Assembly: GCA_030704615.1 (NCBI GenBank)
Contig: CM060731.1
Coordinates: forward strand, 4,712,001-4,776,000
Origin: Takakia lepidozioides
Lineage: Eukaryota; Plantae; Bryophyta
DNA length: 64,000 nucleotides
Direction of reading: 5' to 3'
In this document: positions 51,901 through 61,584 of the stretch, piece after piece
Layout of the letters: each line of letters starts with the position of its first letter
Position numbering within the stretch: position 1 is the first letter of the stretch
Translations under genes and position numbers: made by a program
The notes under the pieces: model-generated
Database searches by the model: none
What the model was told of the DNA's origin: nothing
The model's input: only the letters and a program-made list of their open reading frames with translations

Positions 51901-54104
51901 CTTCCTTCTATGGAATCCCAAAAGGGCATGGTCAATATGAGGCCTTGATGGAGCGCCAAAGAAAGTTGCTGGGGCGGTGGGCTGAGGTGGCCAAGTGGGT
52001 AGCTGCTGGGGAAGTGGCTGAGGTGGCGTCTGATACACTGGAGGAAGTTCGCCCACTGGTATAAGCTGTGATTGGTAGACCTGTGGCACAGGTAAGTGCC
52101 TCTCCATTTGATTGGTGGTCTGCCAGTTTGGTTGTAACTGGGTGATCTGGGGATGGGTCTCTTTAGAATGTTGCACTGCAGGATTTTTCCACTGGAGAGG
52201 GAAACTCTGGTGAGACTGAGGATGCACTTGTAGGTTTCCTGGATGTAGCTGAGGATGTACCTCAAGTTGGACTGGATCAGGATATTGGGCCTCTGGCTGA
52301 ATCTGCTTCTGTTGAGGATAGGTACGACGTTGAGGGGTTTCCCAGGTCTGAGACTTGGACAGACAATGGGGGGGAAATGAAACTGGATTCAGGTTCGTGG
52401 GTGGTTGCTGTGGTGGGTAGCAATGTTGAAGTGCCCAGATTGGTACAGGAGGGACCATAGGGGTCTCCATGCACAAGGGTGCTTCCTTCCCTTCCGAGTG
52501 CTGAGCTGCCAGAAGCTTCCCGTCCAAGCTACGAAGGTTGGGTAGGGCAGAGAGAATGGTCGACTGGTATGCAGCAGCCCGGCACACAGGATTCCCATGC
52601 TTGCCATGAGAAAAAACAAGCTCCTGCAAATGAATGCAGCCTGCAAGTACCCACAATTCACACAGATACTCCACGACATTGTCGCGTACATCAAGGTGCT
52701 GTAGTGAGTATCTGAACACATGCCAACACAAAGATAGGTTTATGTTTTACAACAGTAGACAGCTGATTTGAAGTTAATATCAAGGAATTTGAAAAGAAAT
52801 GTTCTCATGCACTGTAAGCCAAGATTGAAGGAATTCAGGATTATGGAGATTTTTTATCCATGGCTTCCAACTGAGAGATTGAATCTAGACCCCACAACCC
52901 AGATAACATACAGCCAGAGCTTCACTGAATTGGCCAGGCACAACAGAGGGTAATCATCATGCAGTATCAGTTAGGGGCAATGGAGCCAAGCAGACAACCT
53001 AAGAGTAGCAAGATGCAGAACTTACAATGTGAGTATGTAACAACCTTGCAAAGCAGATCCATCAAACACACTGGGGGGGGGAAGACATTTCTGCTCACCG
53101 GGGTCCATGGAGCGCCGCCAGGCCACCCAGCAAGGGAATCGCGTTGTGTGAGAGCACCAGGGTCTGAAGGGCCATCAAGCCATGTAGCCCCGCAATCTCT
53201 CGAATCTGGTTGGATGCTAAATTGAGAACCCTGAGATTCTTCAGCTGGGAGAGCCCTTCCATACGCGTTATGTTATTTGACGATAGGTTGAGGGTTGTAA
53301 GCATCTCCAAGCCCTCTAGCGCTTCGATGCGTTCAATTTGGTTCCCATGCAAACTCAAGGACTGCAAGTTGGCAAACTGCGGAAGCCCCACAATTGATTT
53401 GGGAGAGCGCAGGCCCGCACCATACGCGTATATCTCCTTGACATCCTCATCTGCATTGTCAAACAACGGGGTATAAACTTGTTAGCAGGTTATGTTGCTC
53501 GTCAGTTTGAACAATGGATGCTTTAGACCAAATAGACGCAAAGAAAGAAAGACCGGTACTAGGTTAAAGCGGGGGAAGAAGGCAAAAAGGATCTCCGTTG
53601 AATAAAGACTGTCAATTTGGTTCCCCTAATACCATGTCGAAGAGCTGTTTAGCAATTTCCACAATCCCCAAGGTGCCCATGTGCGGATTCCTTTGATCAA
53701 TGCCTCACTGAAAACCAGCACCTGACTTGGGCAAGGAAGCCTAGGAGACTCCAAGAGACCACGGGCGGGGGTGCTTGAAAGAACGCACATCAAGAGTAGA
53801 AACGCTCCATAGAAAATTTTCCGAGACAAAGTGGCCTAGGCGTCAACAGAGCAATGTACAAAAGCTTCCAGCTTTTGCTGAGGACTATGCTTATGGAAAC
53901 AAATAATAGGAACTAACAACATACGGTCAGGTAACCAAAAAAAAATGAGGAGTGAAGTGAAGAGAGGATCCAAGGAAGATGCAGAAGGAGATGGAGAGCA
54001 TTGTGTGTGCAAGTGAGCGTGGATGTACCAGGTTTGCTGGGATTCTGGGCGCGAACGTCCAGAAGAGGACCCCCACTTCCATGGCTTCCAGCCATCTCCT
54101 GCAT
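28711..54104 (-). CDS. LRRCC1: Leucine-rich repeat and coiled-coil centriole/basal-body protein (LRRCC1/VFL1-like), at least 18 exons
   Basis: Phase-consistent GT-AG exons: 54104-54029, 53450-53099, 52711-51562, 51167-51075, 50592-50338, 49611-49429, 48700-48578, 48397-48291, 42383-42151, 41814-41687, 41241-41188, 40811-40755, 40547-40293, 39579-39427, 39131-38980, 38779-38671, 38032-37982, 28944-(28711 or a further exon). SDS22-type LRRs with LRR cap (NPVC...LRSLDG), Q/P-rich linker, long coiled coil with ELTDVVCAQKVRL and VKSKMLDSQNDTIRHLK. Start codon and 3' end uncertain. Confidence 0.85.
29529..29757 (-). mobile_element. LINE family B 3' fragment with stem-loop and (CATTT)n tail
   Basis: GRFNCLFRNTQSITEVFH...YLHEAFTLRQS, homologous to the C-terminus at 37234-37400. 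Confidence 0.8.
29835..30165 (-). mobile_element. LINE family A 3' fragment, degenerate
   Basis: Homologous to ~47500-47884; ends CTTATGAGTACATTCT. Confidence 0.8.
30171..30800 (-). mobile_element. Cluster of very short LINE 3' ends: B-type at ~30171, ~30426 and ~30720; A-type at ~30640-30700
   Basis: Repeated tail AAGCTC.{3}GAGCTTTCC.CGGA.GTTAT.AAG.ACCATTTCATTTC, variably degenerate; A-type end ATGGCCACAAGGCTATGGCAAAC...TTATGAGTA. Confidence 0.8.
30820..33244 (-). mobile_element. LINE family A copy, 5'-truncated, diverged with many frameshifts, 3' end intact into (TC)n
   Basis: VRSQKKLYW, FLDVKKAYD and HFLIHCPGY; terminus GTCTTATGATTACAATCTCTCTC. Confidence 0.9.
33245..33790 (-). mobile_element. 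Probable L1-type 3' fragment between two family A copies
   Basis: Shares ~170 bp with 12155-12318; pyrimidine-rich 3' part ending in (TA)n and an A-rich stretch. Confidence 0.45.
33793..36860 (-). mobile_element. LINE family A copy (N-terminal repeats, AP endonuclease, start of RT), both ends missing
   Basis: Near-identical reverse complement of ~43418-46470; ATFNFSGL, GQETW, SDHFLV and NYRGITLL. Confidence 0.93.
36862..36912. repeat. (GA)n microsatellite at a LINE-B/LINE-A junction
   Basis: Direct inspection. Confidence 0.95.
36916..37940 (-). mobile_element. Three head-to-tail 5'-truncated RTEX-like LINE ends: family B at 36916-37147 and 37149-37745, and a diverged relative at ~37765-37940
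   Basis: RFRVGSHNLRIETGRW...RLCPAC...ETEEHFFFYCPLY zinc-finger terminus; each ends in the stem-loop plus a CATTT-type tail. Confidence 0.85.
38100..38455 (+). mobile_element. Two degenerate family B-type tails in the opposite orientation
   Basis: CCATAAGCTCTTTG...CGGATGTTATAAAGTACCATTTCATTGCATTTC at ~38125-38192; GAGCTTTCCATGGAC...CATTTCATTTC at ~38423-38454. Confidence 0.6.
39831..40268 (-). mobile_element. Intronic chimera of two family A 3' fragments followed by a family B tail
   Basis: KTSLNLFPVCDMGED...LKFKLRTGSLPLN; A terminus CTTATGAGTACATTCTCTCTC; B tail at 39831-39890. Confidence 0.8.
43039..47884 (+). mobile_element. Full-length non-LTR retrotransposon (family A, RTEX-like): N-terminal repeat region, APE, RT and C-terminal Cys/His finger, with several frameshifts
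   Basis: 16-bp TSD TCTGATTCTTAGAATC at 43023-43038 and 47885-47900; GDFNARVG, SDHFLV, LMFADD and CPLC...HFLIHC; stop at 47878; no poly(A). Confidence 0.95.
43834..44235 (+). repeat. 141-bp (47-aa) coding tandem repeat, about 3 copies, in the LINE N-terminus; also present at ~36045-36445
   Basis: P.C.EP.R...E.FGTLNGLPILKVYTRR..S.HGV.VP repeated; unit starts at 43834 and 43975. Confidence 0.95.
48826..49101 (+). mobile_element. LINE family B 3' fragment
   Basis: KEIETEEHFFFYCPLYYEIRGRFHCLF; near-identical to the reverse complement of 37149-37420; stem-loop plus CATTTCATTTCATTTC. Confidence 0.9.
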
Positions 54105-54650
54105 GTGTGCCGGCGCTCTCTTACCTTTCTTAAAATGCCTTGCGTTCTTGCCACGCTGTTCTTGATTTCCAGTGCCATCCTCTCTCCCTCTACCTCTGCC
54201 ACCCTTATCCAGCTAGCTCGATTCTTCCCAGAATAGGAAGAACAATGGCAGGATAGAAAAAAAAAAACAGAGAAAATGAGAGATCTCCGAAAACAGCAAA
54301 CAAAGAGAGACGCGAGGGGCACACACAGACAGAGACTAACGAGAACACAAAATGCAGGGAAATTTTTCGAGGGAGGAAGGTCCAAACCTCTGCTAGGAAA
54401 TCAGCATCCCCTGCCCAGACCAGGAACGTTTGGGAGTGGCAAAGCTTCCATGCGGGACCCGAAAGGGCAGCGATGGAGAGAGTGCAAAGAGAGTGCAAAG
54501 ATTTGAAACTAGCTACCGTTGTGTGTGAGAGAGACGACGATTCTCGCTCATGTCCACCACGAACGAACGAACGAACGAAAGACACGTCGTTTGTATATAA
54601 TAGGTAGGAGTACGGTACGTAACTGAGTCGTATTGGACCTTCATACGTAC

Positions 54651-55045
54651 CAGTGTTGGACTGGTATATAGGTGAAGGACTGGCATGTGTATTGGTATAT
54701 GCACTGGTATTAGATACTAGACCAGTCTGGTATCATTGGGGAAAATACTTGATCATACACCAGACCCGGCTGGTATCAGTTTTTTCATACCAGCCACAAT
54801 ACCAGTACTCCCCCGCCGTCTTCCTCATTTACTATACTAATTTATGTGTACATATGCCTACTTCTATATGTGTATTGTATTTGCTTTCAATTGATACTTG
54901 ATATTTGATAAACTTGTAATTCACCATGGCTTTGGAATGACTCGGATACCTGAATTGATATCTCATACCATTATGAAAGTTTTGTGATACGTCTAGTACC
55001 AAGACCAGTCTAGTCTGTCCTAAACCTGATACCAGAACAACGTTT
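54651..55045. mobile_element. MITE, hAT-like, upstream of LRRCC1
   Basis: Imperfect TIRs CAGTGTTGGACTGGTAT / ATACCAGAACAACGTTT; many internal ATACCAG/CTGGTAT subterminal motifs; no clear TSD. Confidence 0.55.
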
Positions 55046-55499
55046 ACCCTCACATGCCCTCCAACAAAATTATATTTATTTATTTATTTATTTTTATTTT
55101 TATTTTATTTTCGAATGGGGATGATACCCTAACAGTTTATAAATCTTTCACAGCGCTTCACCAGGCTGATAGGAATAGCTCGGTCACTCAGCTTGCAAGC
55201 AGGTCAGCCAGATAAAACTAGATGAATAAATTTGATTTTTTTAGAAAAGTTATTTTTTTCAAAGTTTCCGGGGCCAGACCCCTGTTCTAAAAATTTAAAT
55301 TAAAAAAAAAATCATGTTAAAAAAATTGTTAGCTTGTTTTTTTTTATTGTGCACGCGTCATAGTGAACAGTACACGAAGTACGCGCAAGCTCCCTTACCT
55401 AAGATGGAGAGGGAATCCATGTTTAGGGTTACAATTGGAAGGTTCTGAGAGCGTTTGTTCAATTCAATGTAGTCAATTGCCGATGATTGCTACTGTGAG

Positions 55500-55955
55500 A
55501 ATGCCACTTCAGATTGAAAAGAATTTTGTTGCACGAGGTTGGACAGACGATACAACACTTTTGTTGCTAAATCTTTGGGAGGAGAAATACTGGGATCATG
55601 GGCGTGGACCTTTGAGAGCAAAAGACTGGACATACATTGCTAACAGACTTAATGCAGGGTTTTCCAATGCATCAATACACAATTTGATACACAGCCTCCT
55701 GTATTTGGTGGAGGCACTGCTTCTGGAACAACACCAGATGTGACAACATGCACCACACCCGGCGATCCTTCCGCTGCACCTGTCGCTCCTAGGATGGCAG
55801 CTTGCAAGTTGTCACGTGTGCAAGGTCATCCAAATTCAAAGAAGCAACGTTTGTCTCGAGGTTCTACTGCCATCAAAGAGTTTGGTGGGGGGAGGCCACT
55901 AGCCAGGGAGGAAAGAACGCATCAACGAGGGCTCCAAGAAACGCTGACGCCATAG
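55500..55955 (+). pseudogene. Myb/SANT-like (trihelix) DNA-binding domain remnant, probably PIF/Harbinger-derived
   Basis: WTDDTTLLLLNLWEEKY...LRAKDWTYIANRLN; third helix missing. Confidence 0.6.
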
Positions 55956-57399
55956 CTGTGTAGGACTTAGCCATTTCAACTTCTTCTCTAATGCGCCCGC
56001 TAGACAGCTAAGTTAGGCCAACCACTATCAAGAACTGCAAAGTAGTAGGCTTCTTGATTATTTCTTAGACAGCCCGATATCTTAGTTATGGCTAAACAGA
56101 GTGGCAGAACCCGCAGTGACTACTCCTTGAGAGAGAGGTCGAGATATAGAGTTGGCGCCATTGTACTTCTAAACAACGGAGTGTATGCGAAAGTGTAGAG
56201 GAAGGAGGCGCTGCTGATGAGCGTTTCCAAGGAAATAGCAAGAAAACACCAGGTCAAATGCAAGCGAATTTAATTGATGAAGAAAGTTGTGCACTACACG
56301 CCTCATCGCCATGGCAGGGTGTGCTAAGGCCAGAAGCCAGAGCTAAACGCGGCAAACCCCGTGATGGCCGTAGAGCCAACAGCCAATGGCTAGGTCAACA
56401 GAAACACCACAAAAGCCAAACGAAAGGACCGCAGGCTGAGGCGCTTGAGACAACAAGAATGGAAACCAGGGGCAGTATACGTGAGAGTAGCGCAATGTTC
56501 TGATCGAAGGAAGCACAAGGCTCAGTTCCCGTCAGATAGTGGAGTAGGCGAGAAGGTTACGAAGTTGCATATTGTCAAGCAAAGACAGACAACAACCCAA
56601 CCTGCATATGGGCGGAGCTCATGTACAAAACAAAGAAGGACGCAGGGTAGGAAGTATAAAGAAGGAAACAAGAAAGCTCTCTCGCTATTCTTTCTGCTGC
56701 TGTTGACAATGTCATGCGATACTAAGCCTAGTCGGCAGCTGCATTTAGTCAGGCCCAACGAGAGGGAGGCGACTCAGAACGAGGACAAGCACTTGCATAT
56801 GGTTGGAGCAGGCCGCGTAGTTAGCAGCCCCAAGAGGAGCGTAGGTGCTAATATTCCCTGGAACGTGATGGAGAAGACAATAAGAAAGAGCACTGTGGGA
56901 AGGCCAGTGAGTGTCGGAAAGCCAGGCCTGCCAATTGAGGTTGAGGGGGACAAGGCAGCCAGCACTACGGAAAATGGCGAGGCCTCGGTACACACCGACA
57001 ACGAGCAAAGGCAAATCCACAGACAAAATACAGATAAGCTCGAAACCTACATTAATGACAAGTTCTGGCATGTTGATATGAATAGTCCCTGCAAGAACGC
57101 GCTACACTCTTTAAGATGACACTCTCTCTTCCTACAATAACAAGACTCCCTCGTCTCAACATCGATCTACACGTACACAGCGAGGGCCTGAAACTAACAC
57201 CTTATCAATCAATCAAAAGCAAGATACTCTACTCTAGAGTCCTGACTCGAACACCATTAATTTTACTCTCATGCCCAAGTAGCAGCACTTAAATTTGCTA
57301 CACCTATGGACAAGCTGACAGACCAGAGCGATTCAAACCACCTAGAAAACTAGGATCCATCCCTGTGGAAACCTATGTTGCGGAACCAACCATGCACTA

Positions 57400-58645
57400 G
57401 TCAGTGTACCAATTATGCATAGCAAAAACACTAATGCAAACTGGCTAATTGCAGAGAATAACCAGAAGACGCTCACAGGCTGGTACAGACCCGACATGCA
57501 ATCAAAGCTATGGAAGATGAGTGCACCACCACTAGGCTTAACAGCAGGAGAAAACATGGACGAAGACATATGTTTCCTGGAAAACAAGAGATGGCTGCAT
57601 GTTGAGCACAAAGTCATAATAAATGGGAAATCGCCAAGGAGCACACTGACAGCACAAAATCACACAGAAGAGGAGCGCATGTCATCTCATCAATATGTAA
57701 TGACTATCTGGCAACCCACCCAAGACACACAAATACGCTTACTTCTACAAAAACTGCACAACTTACCTACACACCCCCACAACTACATAGCGCCCCCAGG
57801 CCCCCCACACTTTTTGCATAACCTTCATGAATCCTTACATTTACTACAAACCAAACCCGGCAAAGTCCACCAAATACTAAGTGAACACTTAGCAAATACA
57901 TCTACTAACACACACGAACTTGCCACTATTACTAACAAATTTCCTTTCCTATCACAAAACATCCTCACGGCAACTCTCCAAGCCAAAGTAAGCATTCCCG
58001 GATATCTACCTAAACCCATGACAACACCAACGTCCACACCATCAACATCACACACGCAGAGGTCACCCACAACCCGTCACCAGCCTCTCCCCACCCATCT
58101 AGCACTCAACCTACTGCCCCTTCCCAACGGGCACACTCATTCAACATCACAACTTGGAATGTGGGTGCACTTGTCACCAACATTCAAAGCTCACAGACTC
58201 CACCTCACCACATATCATTCTCTTACAAGAAACCAAACTCAATACACAAAGACCCAATAGCTCTTATATAAGTAAGCTCCTTCCAGCGTACTACATGATA
58301 TACGGTAACGCGTATACGGCAGAGCAATGCCTTACCAGACGGTCCGCCCCATATCACCCCACTCGTGGTGGAGTTGCCTGCGGTATCCTCCGTACACATC
58401 ACTCCCCTAGCACCACGATCAAAATACCGCCCCCCCCCCCCCCCCCCCCCGCCCCGCCCCCCCCCTCCTTAGATCACATCTCCAAATCATTAAACTACTA
58501 CTCCATGCGCTTCCTCCCATTACACTCATACACTTATACATGCCATCACACGTGGATGACCTTCCCCTCATTCCAGAAATCCTACTCACCGTATCCAACA
58601 CACTCACCCAAAATCTGACTAACCCACAACACTTCATATTAGCAG
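57400..58645 (+). mobile_element. Degenerate LINE (AP endonuclease N-terminus) interrupted by the LTR element; may extend left to ~56000
   Basis: TWNVGAL, PHIILLQETKL, RGGVACGI, LIHLYMP and HFILA, cut exactly where GDFN is expected; A/C-rich strand. Confidence 0.65.
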
Positions 58646-60377
58646 TGTCATGGTTTTAGTCATGGTTATCTAGAATTACCTACTTCTAGTTAACTAGGAC
58701 ATTTTAGATATTTATATTTATATTTTGTGTGTTGGGACTTCATTTGGTCTCACATGCCAAGTGAGGTGTCGAGCCTCACTTGAGACATGGAGATAGGTTT
58801 TCCCCTTGTGAGTGTTGAGGAGGCTCATCTTCTTGTAGTTGAGCCTCCATGAGCTTCTCTCACCTCCATAGCTCTAGGTATTGAGAGGGAGTGTGTTGAG
58901 GGCTTTGTAGGGTGGATTCCCTTAGCAAAGGTGCCCTTGGCTTGACTTAGTTTATGTGATAGAGTGGATTTCACTTGGAAGGACTAGGGCTTGTTCTTCA
59001 TGTGATTGCTTCATGCTTTGAGAGCTTTCATTGTCTTCTACTTCTCTCATTTCTCATCTCTTATCACTACAAGAAGATCACCTTATGCTTGTGAGTGCGG
59101 AGTGTAAGGATTAGTTTTGCACTTGTATTTTAAAGAGGTTGAGAGCTAGGAGAATTTAGCTCTTGTATCAGAAGGCTTGCAAGGGGTTGCAAGGAAAGGT
59201 GCTCGAGTATTGCATGCACCAAGGAGTTGGAGAGCTTGAGAAGAAAGCTCTTGAGTCACAAGATTTTGCAAGGATTGTAAGGAGGAAGTCTTGTGTGTGT
59301 GGAAGCATGGATTCTAGGGTTTGAGAATCCTTTGTATGCATTATGGAGTCGATGGTGTGTGCCATGGCTTGTGGAGAGTGACTAAAGGCTTGTTAGTGCT
59401 CATTTCACTATCAAGCTAGGGTTAAGCAAGTTCAAAGTGTGGATGTTGTGGAAGAGAAGCCAAAGAGCTATATATGCTTGGGCTTGAAGACAACAAGGGC
59501 AAGCACTTGGAGAGCACTAAGAAGCTCAAGAGGTTTTGAAAGGGAGCATGTGAAGAAATCTTCCAATCATGGTGGTGTGGAGCCAAGCTTAGGGTGCCAT
59601 TGGAAGGGCTTGGAGAACATGTGGTGGGAAATCCCTGAAGGGAAATCATCATTCAATGTATGCATAGCTTCACCCTAACTATGTAATGTGACAAGAGGGG
59701 GAGGCAATACTTGGCTATTCATGCTCTTGGTAGTGCGAGCTTTGTGGTGGATAGTTGACCAAGCAAGTGGTGCAAGTGTGGAGCATGCTCGCTTGAGTTT
59801 GTAAGTTCAAGTTTGAGAAGGGGAGCTCTTGTACTAGCAAGAGGTGAAGGCCTTTGAGATCCATTTGTGTGTGAAGTGGAGAGGTGTTGATTCATGTTAT
59901 GATGAAGGAGAGCAACACATAGGCCAAGAGGTCATGAAACATGCATTCAAATGACCACGGGGAGCACATGGATGATGGATTGGTGCAAGACCCCAAATGA
60001 GGCATATGGCGTGAGAGTGGGATCCAAGGCGGATTGCTTGGGAGCATTATTGTAAGTGACAAGCATTGCTCCTACACATTGAGATAATTTGTGTTGATTT
60101 GGAGCAATTGTCAAGTGATGAGGAGACAAATGCATGATTGCTCGGCAATGGAGATATGGTAGTTTGCAATCAAATCCCAAGGACTAGAAGGGGGATTGAT
60201 TTGGTGGACAATGACTTGCAAGTTGAGTTGGACCACTCTTGGTTGCACATTGGGGTGGAAGAGAGCAAGAAGATGTCTCTTATGACCACCTAGAGACCAT
60301 ATTTTTGCTTGAGTAGAAGCATAGAAGTCAAGGACTTGCATTCTAGCTCTTCATTACAAACCCTAGTAGTGTATGCT

Positions 60378-60910
60378 CAGACTATACCTCTGTTAGTATA
60401 CCAAACAGGAGCTTGTCCCTTTGACTATACCTCTGTTGAGGTATCACCATATGTGAACCCTAATGTGAGACTATACCTCTGTTAGTATACCAAACATGAG
60501 CTTGTCCATTTTACTATACCTCTATTGAGGTATCACCATATGTGAACCCTAATCAGCTCAGACTATACCTCTGTTAGTATACCAAACAGGAGCTTGTCCC
60601 TTTTACTATACCTCTGTTGAGGTATCACCATATGTGGACCCTAATCAGCTCAGACTATACCTTTGTTAGTATACCAAACAGAACCCTCATTTTCAGACTA
60701 TACCTCTGTAAAGGTATCATCAGCATAAGGGACCCTAGCAACCTTAGACTATACCTCTGTTAAGGTATCAACAGTGAAAGGACTTAGTGAAATTTAAGGG
60801 CCTTTGGAGGATTGTTTGGAAGATATTTGAGGGCCCTTGGAGGAGTATTTGGAGGATCTTTGGGGTCCTTGGAGGAGTGTTTGGAGGATCTTTGGGGTCC
60901 TTGGAGGACC
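60378..60910. repeat. Tandem repeats in the LTR/leader: ~90-bp dimeric unit with an ACTATACCTCTGTT core (60378-60770) and short TTGGAGGA repeats (60804-60910)
   Basis: Direct inspection; core recurs about every 45 bp with alternating downstream halves. Confidence 0.9.
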
Positions 60911-61584
60911 CTTCGAGGAGCTTTGGTGGACAATGTTGAAGAGCTCTTGAAGGATTGATTGAGGGATATTGAAGGATACTTGCCACGACCATACAAGCGA
61001 GTGGATAGTGACAGGAGGGAGAGTGGTGGGATGAGAGCATTCTGGGGTTAGGAATTGCTTTAGTTTCTCTTGTCCATAGTCTTTCACCCTCTTTGTAGGC
61101 CAAAACCTTTCCGTAGGTAGAGCAAGAGTCAGTCCGGGTTTGGGCTGGGATGTCCTTGCAGGAGCGACACTGTGGAGTGTTTTTGGTGTGGGGGAGTTGC
61201 TGTCTTGATTTTCTTGTGTTTGGATCCCCTCCACACCTGCATGCTTGACTGTGCGCCATATTAGCTTTGTGTGGGCGCTTGTTTTCATAGGAGGTTGGTC
61301 CGGATTTGATCACCGGCCAATCCTAGAGTATGTTGTCGGTGGTGAGGCTGGAGTGATGACCAGTAAGACCACCAGTGTTTCTTCTATGGTGAGGCTGGGT
61401 TGATGACCAGCAAACCATAGGAGTGCTTGCAGTGGATGCAGGTGCAGGTACAGGTCTACGTTAGAAACCTATTATTCCTGCTTGAACCAGTAGCCGCAAC
61501 AGGTTCTTTATCCGGTTACCTTGTAGAAAGTGGGGATTAGAGACAGATTGACAACCGGTTGGGTTGTGAGTTTTCATCACGGAG

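Noticed and set aside
58428-58466. Poly-proline coding segment
   Set aside because: Poly-C run inside a decayed LINE; likely slippage or a sequencing artefact
60378-60770. CRISPR-like repeat/spacer appearance
   Set aside because: The intervening sequences are themselves repeated in alternation, there are no cas genes, and the context is a plant LTR element
61290-61410. Gypsy primer-binding site candidates TGGTCCG and TGGTGAGGCTGG
   Set aside because: Not preceded by a convincing LTR-terminal CA, and the tRNA match is too short to call
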